The notes under the pieces: model-generated | Seen by the model: the letters and a program-made list of their open reading frames with translations, nothing else | Told to the model about the DNA's origin: nothing | Database searches by the model: none | Assembly (NCBI GenBank): GCA_964410065.1 | Contig: CAYPFO010000007.1 | Location: 4,499-68,498, forward strand | Reading direction: 5' to 3' | Length of the DNA stretch: 64,000 bases | DNA from: an uncultured Pseudomonas sp. | Lineage (GTDB): Bacteria; Pseudomonadota; Gammaproteobacteria; Pseudomonadales; Pseudomonadaceae | Program-made: the position numbers and the translations under genes | Shown: positions 29,371 to 39,265 of the stretch, in pieces | Layout of the letters: the number at the start of each line of letters is the position of its first letter | Position numbering within the stretch: position 1 is the first letter of the stretch

Positions 29371-29447
29371 GTCGCGCTTTCCGAGCCGCGGAGGAGTGGC
29401 CGGCGGCGCTGCGAGAGTGGACGCTTCCGCCGTTCGGACTGAGCATG

Positions 29448-29470
29448 AAAAAGGGGAGCCGCGGCTCCCC
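29448..29470 (-). terminator. Rho-independent terminator of argB (also closes the + strand gene)
   Basis: The minus strand reads GGGGAGCC-GC-GGCTCCCC followed by TTTTT. Confidence 0.7.
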
Positions 29471-29493
29471 TGCTCGTTACTGGGACTGGGTGT

Positions 29494-30513
<1,020 letters not shown>

Positions 30514-30543
30514 TCAGCTGTTCGGCCATTTTTTCTCGCCACC

Positions 30544-33063
30544 CTAGAACGGCAGCGCCAGCTTGGGCACCACCTTGTGCAGCTGTTCGCGGAACACGGC
30601 CTTGATACGCTCCAGCTCGCCGGTGCTTTCCGCCTCGAAGCGCAACACCAGTACCGGCGTGGTGTTGGAGGCGCGCACCAGGCCCCAGCCGTGGGGATAA
30701 TCGATGCGCAAGCCATCCAGGGTGGTGAGTTGCGCCTCGCCCCACTGGGCGTTGCGTTGCAGCGCGGCGATGATCTTGAATTTGCTGTCCTCGGTGACCG
30801 GAATGTTGATCTCCGGGGTGGATATATCATCGGGGAAGGCGGCGAACAGCGGTTCGGCGGCTTGTTGTTCCAGGCTGAGAATTTCCAGCAAGCGCGCAGC
30901 GGCGTAAATGCCGTCGTCAAAGCCGAACCAGCGTTCCTTGAAGAAAATATGCCCGCTCATTTCGCCGGCCAGCAGTGCGCCGGTTTCCTTCATCTTCTTC
31001 TTCATCAGCGAGTGGCCGGTTTTCCACATCACCGGTCGCCCGCCGTGGGCGCTGACCAGCGCGGCCAGGCGCCGGGTGCACTTGACGTCATAGATCACAT
31101 CGGCGCCGGGGTTGCGCGAAACCACGTCCTTGGCGAACAGCATCAGCAGGCGGTCCGGATAGACGATGGTGCCGGTGTTGGTCACCACGCCCACGCGGTC
31201 GGCATCGCCGTCGAAGGCCAGGCCCAGGTCGGCTTTTTCGGCCTTGACGCGGGCGATCAGGTCCTTGAGGTTGTCCGGCTTGCCCGGGTCGGGGTGGTGG
31301 TTGGGGAAGTGACCATCCACCTCGCAATACAGGGGAACCACTGTGCAGCCCAGCGCTTCGATCAGCTGCGGGGCAATCACGCCACCGACGCCGTTGCCGC
31401 AGTCGATCACCACTTTCATGGGTTTGGCCAAGGCGATGTCGTCGCGAATCTGGGCGAAATAACGCGGCAGGATATCGATCTGTTCGACGCTGCCCACACC
31501 GTTGGCCAGGTCTTGGGTATCGAGGCGGGTCTTCAGCGCCAGGATCTGCTCATTGGCCAGGGTGTCGCCGGCGATGACGATCTTGAAGCCGTTGTAAACC
31601 GGCGGGTTGTGGCTCCCGGTCAGCATGACCCCAGACGTGGCCGGCAGTACATGGGTGGCGAAGTAGAGCACCGGCGTGGGCACCATGCCCAGGTCAGTGA
31701 CCTGGCAGCCGCAATCGACCAGACCCTGGATCAGCGGCTGCACCAGCAGCGGACCGGACAGGCGTCCGTCGCGGCCGACGGCCACACGTGGCTCGCCCTT
31801 GGCCAGGCTGGCCGAGCCGATGGCGCGGCCGATCCAGTAGGCGCTGTCCGCAGTCAGGCTGTCACCGACCACGCCGCGGATGTCATAGGCGCGAAAGATG
31901 CTTGCCGGCAACGCGGGAACGGCACCGGCCGTGTCGGGCGTGGCAGACGGCGGATCGAGTTCGGGAAGGTCCAGGTCAAGGATTTCCGTGGGCTGGAACA
32001 ACGGGTCGACCAGTTGGCTATCCGCCTGCGGTTTCGGCGCAGCTGCCGTAGGCGTGGACGGCGAAGCCTGGTGTGGCAGGCGTGCCAGTTGCTGCGCCAA
32101 CGGGTCGAGTTCAGCCAAGTGCAGACGTGGCGCCTGGATATTCTTGCCGTCGATGAGGGCTTGCAGCATCTGGCCCAGTTGGCGGGCATCGTTGTGCAGG
32201 CGGCGCTTGTGCTGTTTGTGCAGCCATTGCAGGCTCAGCACCAGCCCGGCCAGAGCGAGCAGGGCGGCAAAGCCCAGCCAGTGCGGTGCTGGCAGGCTGG
32301 CCAGCGTGCCGCTGGGGCTGAAGCTCAGTTGCCAGTGGGGATTGCCGCTGTTCAGGACAACACTTGAATCCGCAGCACCGGAGCCGCCGCGTTGGGTGAG
32401 CAGTTGCGCCGGAGCATTGCCGAATTGCTGGGTCAGGCGCAGCTGGCCGGCTTCGGCGGGCAGCACGGGTAGAGTGCGCAGCAGGCGTTGCAGATCGGTC
32501 ACCAGCAACAGGCTGCCCAGCGGTTGGTTGTCTTCACCTACGGCAACCGCGCTGTAGAGCAGCCAGCGTTCGCCGACCTGATAGGCCTCCGGCGGGGGCT
32601 TGAGGCCGTTTTCGGCGCGCCGCTGCAGATCCACGGCGGCGAAACTCACCGGCACGCTGCGGCTGCGGTCGGGGCGTGCTTCACCCCGGCGAGTGAGCAC
32701 GGCGTCGATAACCCCGGCAGAGGTCGCCAGGCCTCGTTCGGCCTGGTGCCGCAGTTCCTTGTCGTCATTGCCCAAGGCCTGGAGGACCTGGGGCTGCTGC
32801 GCCAATGACTGGGCATCGGCAGTCAGGAGGACCAGGCCCTGTTGCAAGGCGCTGGCCTGGCTGTTGGCCCACGCCTGTACCAGGCGGGCCTGTTGCTGCT
32901 GGCGCTGTTCGAGCAGGCTATAACCGAGTAGCAGGCCGGCGGCCAGCAGGCCAGTGAGGCCGATCAGCAGGCTAGGCAGCCAGCCGGAGCTGTTGCGTGT
33001 CGGTTGGCGGGGCGCCGGGCTCGTCGGGCGAGCGTTCTGATTATTTTTATTCTGGCGTTTCAC
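30544..33063 (-). CDS. algC: Phosphomannomutase/phosphoglucomutase AlgC with a 384-residue N-terminal two-TM extension
   Basis: The C-terminal roughly 455 aa is a canonical PMM/PGM (LPASIFRAYDIRG, TGSHNPP, GVVTNTG...). The ORF stays open upstream to GTG 33061-33063, preceded by GGGAGAC. The extension uses normal high-GC3 codons. No ATG or GTG lies near the PMM domain boundary. Confidence 0.85.
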   Translation of the reverse strand: MKRQNKNNQNARPTSPAPRQPTRNSSGWLPSLLIGLTGLLAAGLLLGYSLLEQRQQQQARLVQAWANSQASALQQGLVLLTADAQSLAQQPQVLQALGNDDKELRHQAERGLATSAGVIDAVLTRRGEARPDRSRSVPVSFAAVDLQRRAENGLKPPPEAYQVGERWLLYSAVAVGEDNQPLGSLLLVTDLQRLLRTLPVLPAEAGQLRLTQQFGNAPAQLLTQRGGSGAADSSVVLNSGNPHWQLSFSPSGTLASLPAPHWLGFAALLALAGLVLSLQWLHKQHKRRLHNDARQLGQMLQALIDGKNIQAPRLHLAELDPLAQQLARLPHQASPSTPTAAAPKPQADSQLVDPLFQPTEILDLDLPELDPPSATPDTAGAVPALPASIFRAYDIRGVVGDSLTADSAYWIGRAIGSASLAKGEPRVAVGRDGRLSGPLLVQPLIQGLVDCGCQVTDLGMVPTPVLYFATHVLPATSGVMLTGSHNPPVYNGFKIVIAGDTLANEQILALKTRLDTQDLANGVGSVEQIDILPRYFAQIRDDIALAKPMKVVIDCGNGVGGVIAPQLIEALGCTVVPLYCEVDGHFPNHHPDPGKPDNLKDLIARVKAEKADLGLAFDGDADRVGVVTNTGTIVYPDRLLMLFAKDVVSRNPGADVIYDVKCTRRLAALVSAHGGRPVMWKTGHSLMKKKMKETGALLAGEMSGHIFFKERWFGFDDGIYAAARLLEILSLEQQAAEPLFAAFPDDISTPEINIPVTEDSKFKIIAALQRNAQWGEAQLTTLDGLRIDYPHGWGLVRASNTTPVLVLRFEAESTGELERIKAVFREQLHKVVPKLALPF

Positions 33064-33098
33064 GTACGTCTCCCTGTGCCGCAGTGTTCCGGAAAGGG

Positions 33099-33244
33099 CT
33101 AGCAGGCCGTTGAAAAACTACCTGCGTTGGCAATACTGCGTTAAAAACAGGCTCGGAATGCTCATTTAGAACGCTAAACTCCGCTTCCTCGCCCGTTTTT
33201 GCCTTGTCTTGCCTGCCTCGCCTACGTTTCCAACGGCCTGCTAG
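33099..33244. repeat. 14-bp perfect inverted repeat (CTAGCAGGCCGTTG / CAACGGCCTGCTAG) bracketing the dut-algC intergenic region
   Basis: The arms lie at 33099-33112 and 33231-33244. The right arm overlaps the dut stop codon, and the left arm is 35 nt upstream of the algC GTG. Confidence 0.8.
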
Positions 33245-33696
33245 TGGCTGCCGGAGTGACCGAAGCCGCCGGTGCCGCGCAGGCTGTCGTCGAATTCCTC
33301 GACCAGCTCGAAATGCGCCTGCACCACCGGCACCAGCACCAGTTGGGCCAGGCGCTCGCCAATCTTGACGGTGAAGGCGTCGTTGCCTCGGTTCCAGCAG
33401 GACACCATCAGCTCGCCCTGGTAGTCGGAATCGATCAGCCCGACCAGGTTGCCGAGCACGATGCCGTGCTTATGGCCCAGGCCCGAGCGCGGCAGGATCA
33501 GCGCGGCCAGGCCCGGGTCGGCAATATGGATGGCCAGCCCGGTGGGAATCAGCACGGTCTGGCCCGGCTGCAGGGTCAGGTCTTCGGCCAACATGGCGCG
33601 CAAATCGAGGCCGGCGGAGCCCGGCGTGGCGTAGCCGGGCAGCGGGAAATCGCGGCCCAGGCGGGGATCGAGGATCTTGGCTTGCAAAGCGTGCAT
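33241..33696 (-). CDS. dut: dUTP diphosphatase
   Basis: 151 aa with GSAGLDLRA and [25 protein letters not shown] motifs. Confidence 0.97.
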   Translation of the reverse strand: MHALQAKILDPRLGRDFPLPGYATPGSAGLDLRAMLAEDLTLQPGQTVLIPTGLAIHIADPGLAALILPRSGLGHKHGIVLGNLVGLIDSDYQGELMVSCWNRGNDAFTVKIGERLAQLVLVPVVQAHFELVEEFDDSLRGTGGFGHSGSH

Positions 33697-33703
33697 GGCG
33701 GTC

Positions 33704-34912
33704 TCAGTGAGCGGTGTAACGCGCGGCGATAAGGGCGATCAGCTGGCGGGCGATCTTGCCCTTGCTGGTCTGGGCGAAGCCAGTCTGCTGCAACTGGCGG
33801 TCAATGACGGTGATGGCGTTCTCTTCGCTGTTGAAGCCGATGGTCGGGTTGGCGACGTCGTTGGCGACGATCAGGTCGAGGTTCTTGTCCTTGAGCTTGC
33901 GCGCGGCATAGTCGAGCAGGTGCTCGGTTTCGGCGGCAAAGCCGACGCTGAACGGCCGGTCCGGGCGCCCGGCCAGGGTGGCGAGAATGTCCGGGTTGCG
34001 CACCATCTGCAAGAACAGGCCGTCGCCGGTGGTGGGGTCTTTCTTGAGCTTCTGCGCGGCGATCACTTCCGGGCGGTAATCGGCCACCGCCGCCGCGGCG
34101 ATGAGGATATCGCTGGGCATCGCGGCTTCGCAGGCGGCCAGCATGTCGCGGGCGCTGATCACGTCGATGCGCTGTACCCGATCCGGGGTCGGCAAAAACA
34201 CCGGGCCGCTGACCAACGTCACCTGCGCGCCGGCTTCGGCGGCCGCTTCGGCCAGGGCGAAGCCCATCTTGCCGGAGCTGTGGTTGGTGATGTAGCGAAC
34301 CGGGTCGATGTTTTCCTGGGTCGGGCCGGCGGTGATCAACACACGCACGCCGTCCAGCACGTTGCGCTGGAAGCAGTCGGCGGCCAATTGGGCCAGCTCG
34401 TCGGCTTCCAGCATGCGTCCGAGGCCCACGTCGCCGCAGGCCTGGCTGCCGGCCGCCGGCCCGAACAGGCGCATGCCGCGCTGAACGAGAGTCTGCGCAT
34501 TGGCCTGGGTGGCTGGATCGCGCCACATGGCCTGGTTCATGGCCGGCGCCAGGGTGACCTGGGCGTCGGTGGCCAGCACCAGCGTGGTCAACAGGTCATT
34601 GGCCACGCCTTGCGCCAGGCGCGCCATGATGTCGGCGGTGGCCGGGGCGATCAGCACCAGGTCGGCCCATTTGGCCAGCTCGATATGGCCCATCGCGGCT
34701 TCGGCGGCGGGATCGAGCAAGTCCAGGTGCACGGGATGGCCGGACAACGCCTGCAGGGTCAGCGGGGTAATGAATTCGCGGCCGCCGTGGGTCATGACGA
34801 CATGAACGTCGGCGCCCTGGTCGCGTAAGCGACGTACCAGTTCGGCGCTCTTGTAGGCAGCGATACCGCCGCCGACGCCGAGCACGATGCGTTTCCGATA
34901 GAGTCGCTGCAT
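33704..34912 (-). CDS. coaBC: Bifunctional phosphopantothenoylcysteine decarboxylase / phosphopantothenate-cysteine ligase
   Basis: 402 aa with an N-terminal flavoprotein domain ([13 protein letters not shown]) and a C-terminal DFP domain ([10 protein letters not shown]). Confidence 0.96.
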   Translation of the reverse strand: MQRLYRKRIVLGVGGGIAAYKSAELVRRLRDQGADVHVVMTHGGREFITPLTLQALSGHPVHLDLLDPAAEAAMGHIELAKWADLVLIAPATADIMARLAQGVANDLLTTLVLATDAQVTLAPAMNQAMWRDPATQANAQTLVQRGMRLFGPAAGSQACGDVGLGRMLEADELAQLAADCFQRNVLDGVRVLITAGPTQENIDPVRYITNHSSGKMGFALAEAAAEAGAQVTLVSGPVFLPTPDRVQRIDVISARDMLAACEAAMPSDILIAAAAVADYRPEVIAAQKLKKDPTTGDGLFLQMVRNPDILATLAGRPDRPFSVGFAAETEHLLDYAARKLKDKNLDLIVANDVANPTIGFNSEENAITVIDRQLQQTGFAQTSKGKIARQLIALIAARYTAH

Positions 34913-35055
34913 AGGCCAGCCTTTTAGCTAAGACGAGACAAGGCACACAGCGCGACGCCTCCCCAGGCCAACGCTGCGCGTAAGGGCGGCTACGATATCA
35001 CAGCGTCTATGGCGCACGCGGGGCAACGAGAACAAGAAAACGACAAGGAGATGTC

Positions 35056-35730
35056 ATGAGTATTCGCAATTGGCCGGTGGCGGAGCGGCCGCGGGAGAAG
35101 CTGCTCGAGCAGGGAGCGGCGGCGCTGTCCGATGCCGAGCTGTTGGCCATTTTTCTGCGTACCGGTGTGGTCGGTCGCAGCGCGGTGGACCTGGCCCGTC
35201 ATCTGCTCAACGAATTCGGCAGCCTGCGCGCGCTGCTTGAAGCGGACCTGTCGCGCTTCAGTTCCCACTTGGGTTTAGGCCCGGCCAAGTTCGCCCAACT
35301 GCAGGCGGTGCTGGAGATGGGCCGTCGGCATCTGGCCGAGCGGATCAAGCGCGATTCCGCGCTGGAAAGCCCGCAAGCGGTGCGCGACTACCTCAAGGCG
35401 CAGCTGCGCCACGAGCCTCACGAAGTGTTTGGCTGCCTGTTTCTCGATTCCAAGCATCGTGTGCTGGCCTTCGAAGCACTGTTTCGCGGCACCGTCGACG
35501 GCGCCAGCGTGTATGCCCGCCAGGTGGTCAAGCGCGCCCTGGCGCATAACGCCGCCGCCTTGATCCTGACCCACAATCATCCCTCGGGAGTGGCCGAACC
35601 GAGCCAGGCCGATCGCCAGCTCACCGAGCGGCTCAAGGAGGCGCTGGCGCTGGTGGATGTGCGGGTGCTCGATCACTTTATCGTCGGTGACGGCGAGCCG
35701 CTGTCCATGGCGGAATATGGCTGGATGTGA
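35056..35730 (+). CDS. radC: RadC-family JAB/MPN-domain protein
   Basis: 224 aa with [14 protein letters not shown] and the JAMM motif [10 protein letters not shown]. Confidence 0.93.
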   Translation: MSIRNWPVAERPREKLLEQGAAALSDAELLAIFLRTGVVGRSAVDLARHLLNEFGSLRALLEADLSRFSSHLGLGPAKFAQLQAVLEMGRRHLAERIKRDSALESPQAVRDYLKAQLRHEPHEVFGCLFLDSKHRVLAFEALFRGTVDGASVYARQVVKRALAHNAAALILTHNHPSGVAEPSQADRQLTERLKEALALVDVRVLDHFIVGDGEPLSMAEYGWM

Positions 35731-35795
35731 TCGCCAGGCGGCGGCTTGCGTGTGGGGCCGATTTCACATCGGCTGACGGAGCATGCCGTCTCGCC

Positions 35796-36917
35796 TTACA
35801 TCTGCTGCAGCACCTCTTCCGCCGCTCGCCAAGGCAAACCATGAGCCTCGGCAACGCCGGCGTGGGTAAGCGTGCCGGCGGCCAGATTGAGGCCGTGACG
35901 CAGGTGCACATCGTTCTGCAGCGCCTGACGGCAGCCCTGGTCGGCCAGGGCGATGACGAAGGGCAGCGTGGCGTTGTTCAGCGCCAGGGTCGAGGTGCGG
36001 GCCACCGCGCCGGGCATGTTGCTCACGCAGTAATGCACCACGTCATCGACGATGAAGGTCGGTTGGGCATGGGTGGTCGGCCGTGAGGTTTCTGCGCAGC
36101 CGCCTTGGTCGATGGCCACATCCACCAACACGGAGCCGGGCAGCATGCGTTTGATTATGTCCGCCGAGATCAGCTTGGGCGCCGCCGCGCCGGGAATCAG
36201 CACGCTGCCGATTACCAGGTCGGCGGTCAGGAGGCGCTCTTCCAGGCTGTCGCGGGTCGAGTACAGGGTCTGCACGCGATTGCCGTACTGGGCATCCAGG
36301 CGGCGCAGGGCATCCACCTGGGTGTCCAGCACACTGACGTCCGCGCCGAGTCCCACCGCCATGGCCAGCGCCTGGCTGCCGACCACGCCAGCGCCGAGAA
36401 TCAGCACCTTGCCCGGTGCCACCCCCGGCACACCGCCGAGCAGCACTCCGCGCCCGCCCTGCGGTGTTTCCAGGCAATGGGCGCCGGCCTGGATGGCCAT
36501 GCGTCCGGCGACTTCGGACATCGGTGCCAGCAACGGCAGGCGACCCTGGGCATCAGTGACGGTTTCATAGGCGATGCAGGTGGCGCCGCTGGCCAGCAGC
36601 CCGTCGGTCTGGGCGCGATCCGCCGCCAGGTGCAGGTAGGTGAACAGGCAATGCTGCGGCGTCAGCCGGGCGCGTTCTTCAGGCTGCGGTTCCTTGACCT
36701 TGATGATCAATTCGCAGGCACCGTAAAGCGTGTCGGCGTCGGCGACCACCAGAGCGCCCGCCGCTTCGTATTGCAGGTCATGAAAGCCGATGGCCGCTCC
36801 GGCCTGGCTCTGCACCAGCACCCGATGGCCACGGTGGATAAGCTCGGCCACCGAGGCCGGGGTCAGACCGACGCGGCTCTCCTGGGGTTTGATTTCCTTG
36901 GGTACGCCGATTTCCAT
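35796..36917 (-). CDS. ald: Alanine dehydrogenase
   Basis: Trimmed to the ATG at 36915-36917 (AAGGAG SD). The product is MEIGVPKEIKPQESRVGLTP..., with an NAD GxGxxG (VLILGAGVVGSQA), giving 373 aa. Confidence 0.92.
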   Translation of the reverse strand: MEIGVPKEIKPQESRVGLTPASVAELIHRGHRVLVQSQAGAAIGFHDLQYEAAGALVVADADTLYGACELIIKVKEPQPEERARLTPQHCLFTYLHLAADRAQTDGLLASGATCIAYETVTDAQGRLPLLAPMSEVAGRMAIQAGAHCLETPQGGRGVLLGGVPGVAPGKVLILGAGVVGSQALAMAVGLGADVSVLDTQVDALRRLDAQYGNRVQTLYSTRDSLEERLLTADLVIGSVLIPGAAAPKLISADIIKRMLPGSVLVDVAIDQGGCAETSRPTTHAQPTFIVDDVVHYCVSNMPGAVARTSTLALNNATLPFVIALADQGCRQALQNDVHLRHGLNLAAGTLTHAGVAEAHGLPWRAAEEVLQQM

Positions 36918-36921
36918 AGGC

Positions 36922-37677
36922 TCACTCCTTGACCACGCGAATGCCACTGAGCAGGTCGACCGGCATCGGAAAGAGGATGGTGGAATTCTTGTCCGTGGCG
37001 ATGGCACTCAGCGTCTGCATATAGCGCAGCTGCATGGCGCCGGGTTGCTGGGCCAGCACCTGGGCGGCCTGCATGAGTTTTTCCGACGCCTGCATTTCGC
37101 CTTCGGCGTGGATCACCTTGGCGCGCCGCTCGCGTTCGGCCTCGGCCTGGCGGGCGATGGCGCGGATCATCGACTCGTCGAGATCGACGTGCTTGATCTC
37201 GACATTGGCCACCTTGATGCCCCAGGCATCGGTCTGGGCATCCAGGACCTTTTGAATGTCGGCATTCAGGCGCTCGCGTTCGGCGAGCATATCGTCCAGC
37301 TCATGCTTGCCGAGGACTGAGCGCAGCGTGGTCTGCGCCAACTGGCTGGTGGCGGCGTGATAGTCCTCGACCTGGATAATCGCCTTCTCTGCATCCAGCA
37401 CCCGGTAATAGATCACCGCATTGACCTTCACCGAGACGTTGTCACGGGAAATCACATCCTGAGTCGGCACATCCAGCACGATGGTGCGCAAGTCGACGCG
37501 CACCATTTGTTGCAGGCCAGGGATCACCAGGATCAACCCCGGTCCCTTGACCTTCCAAAAGCGGCCCAGCTGGAACACCACGCCGCGTTCGTATTCGCGC
37601 AGGATGCGAAACGCCGACAGGATCAGGGCGACCAGCAGGATCACCACCATGGAAACACTCAAGGAATAACCCATCAT
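36922..37677 (-). CDS. SPFH/Band-7 (stomatin-like, slipin) membrane protein
   Basis: 251 aa with an N-terminal TM and an SPFH core ([14 protein letters not shown]..., [17 protein letters not shown]). ATGA-type overlap with the upstream nfeD. Confidence 0.9.
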   Translation of the reverse strand: MMGYSLSVSMVVILLVALILSAFRILREYERGVVFQLGRFWKVKGPGLILVIPGLQQMVRVDLRTIVLDVPTQDVISRDNVSVKVNAVIYYRVLDAEKAIIQVEDYHAATSQLAQTTLRSVLGKHELDDMLAERERLNADIQKVLDAQTDAWGIKVANVEIKHVDLDESMIRAIARQAEAERERRAKVIHAEGEMQASEKLMQAAQVLAQQPGAMQLRYMQTLSAIATDKNSTILFPMPVDLLSGIRVVKE

Positions 37678-39062
37678 CGTTCTGTCTCCCGGGTTGTCGG
37701 CGTGTCGTTGGCTGCGACCTGCAGCGTGAGTCCCTGGCGCGCCTGCACCTGTACCTGTTGGCCGGGACGCAGCGGCGTTGGGCTTTCTACCTGCCAGCGC
37801 TCGCCCTGCAGCACCACCCAGCCGCAGCGGTCATCGCCTTCCAGCGCCTCGACGGTGGCCAGGCTGCCCACCAGGCCGGCATCACCGGCCACCGACAACT
37901 GGTGCCGCGCGCGCAGCGCCATGGCCAGAATGGCCAGCATCAGCCCCGCGCTGATCAGCGCCAGGGTGACAATCAGCGGCAGGGGGATGCCAAAGCCGGG
38001 CACCTCGGTGTCGATGAGGATCAGCGCGCCGAAAATGAACGCTGCGATGCCGCCAAAGCCCAGCACACCGAAGCTGGGCAAGAACGCCTCGGCCGCCATG
38101 CAGGCCAGACCGAGCAGGATCAACGCCATGCCGGCGTAGCTCACCGGCAGCATTTGCAGGGCATACAGGGCGAGGATCAGGCAGATGCCGCCGACCACGC
38201 CGCCGATGCCGGAGCCGGGATTGGAGAACTCGAAAATCAGTCCATAGATGCCGATCATCATCAGGATCAGCGCCACGCTGGGGTTGGTGATCACCGCCAG
38301 AAGGCGCGTGCGCCAGTCCGGCAGTTGTTCCTGCAGAGCGGCGCCGGCGGTACTCAGGGTTTTCGGCCCGGCCACCGTGTCCAGTGTCTTGCCATCTAAT
38401 TGGCCTAGCAGGGCCGGCAAGTCGGCGGCCACGTAATCGATGACCTTGAGCGCGAGGGCTTCATCGGCGGACAGGCTGACCGCCTCGCGCACCGCCTGTT
38501 CGGCCCACTCGGCATTGCGCCCACGCAGGTTCGCCAGGCCACGGATATACGCGGCGGCATCGTTGACCTGTTTGCGGGTCATCGCATCGCCGGCGGGCTC
38601 GGTGGGCGCGCCACCTTCCGGCGGCTCGGTTCCCGGCGTGGGTTGTGGTTGCTGCGGGGGCGTTCCGGGCGCGCCGCCAATGGCCACGGGCGTCGCCGCG
38701 CCCAGGTTGGTGCCCGGCGTCATGGCCGCGACATGGCTGGCATACAGGATGTAGGTGCCGGCACTGGCCGCCCGGGCACCGCCCGGCGAGACGTAGCTGA
38801 CCACCGGTACCGGGCTGGCGAGGATCGCCTTGATGATGTCGCGCATGGAGGTGTCCAGCCCGCCCGGCGTGTCGATGCGCAGAACGATCAGCTGCGCGTT
38901 GTCGTTGATGGCACGTGACAGACCGCGGACCACGTAGTCGGCACTGGCCGGCCCGATCACGCCCTCGACGCTGAGCACGTTGATCGGGCCAGCGGCATTC
39001 GCCACACCCGCCACAGTGAGCAAGAGGAACGACATGAGCAACTGACGCAGGCAAACGGGCAT
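37674..39062 (-). CDS. NfeD-family membrane-bound ClpP-class serine protease (long form)
   Basis: 462 aa: signal peptide, ClpP-like domain (IDTPGGL..., [12 protein letters not shown]), several TM helices and a C-terminal NfeD OB domain. It forms the classic nfeD-SPFH gene pair. Confidence 0.88.
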   Translation of the reverse strand: MPVCLRQLLMSFLLLTVAGVANAAGPINVLSVEGVIGPASADYVVRGLSRAINDNAQLIVLRIDTPGGLDTSMRDIIKAILASPVPVVSYVSPGGARAASAGTYILYASHVAAMTPGTNLGAATPVAIGGAPGTPPQQPQPTPGTEPPEGGAPTEPAGDAMTRKQVNDAAAYIRGLANLRGRNAEWAEQAVREAVSLSADEALALKVIDYVAADLPALLGQLDGKTLDTVAGPKTLSTAGAALQEQLPDWRTRLLAVITNPSVALILMMIGIYGLIFEFSNPGSGIGGVVGGICLILALYALQMLPVSYAGMALILLGLACMAAEAFLPSFGVLGFGGIAAFIFGALILIDTEVPGFGIPLPLIVTLALISAGLMLAILAMALRARHQLSVAGDAGLVGSLATVEALEGDDRCGWVVLQGERWQVESPTPLRPGQQVQVQARQGLTLQVAANDTPTTRETER

Positions 39063-39265
39063 ATCCGCTGTACCTCGGTAGCGAACCGGGTCTTGTCAGG
39101 ACAGTTGACCCCTCTTAGCCAGCGACGAGCCATGCGGCGACGGAATTGCTTATATCAGTTGGCGATAGATTCCCGGACAGGTCGTTATATAAGTTAACGA
39201 GGCGGCGAGTCGTCACAACTGTGCGTTAATCTGCTCGTGTTCTCGCCGTACAGGATGTCTCGTCG

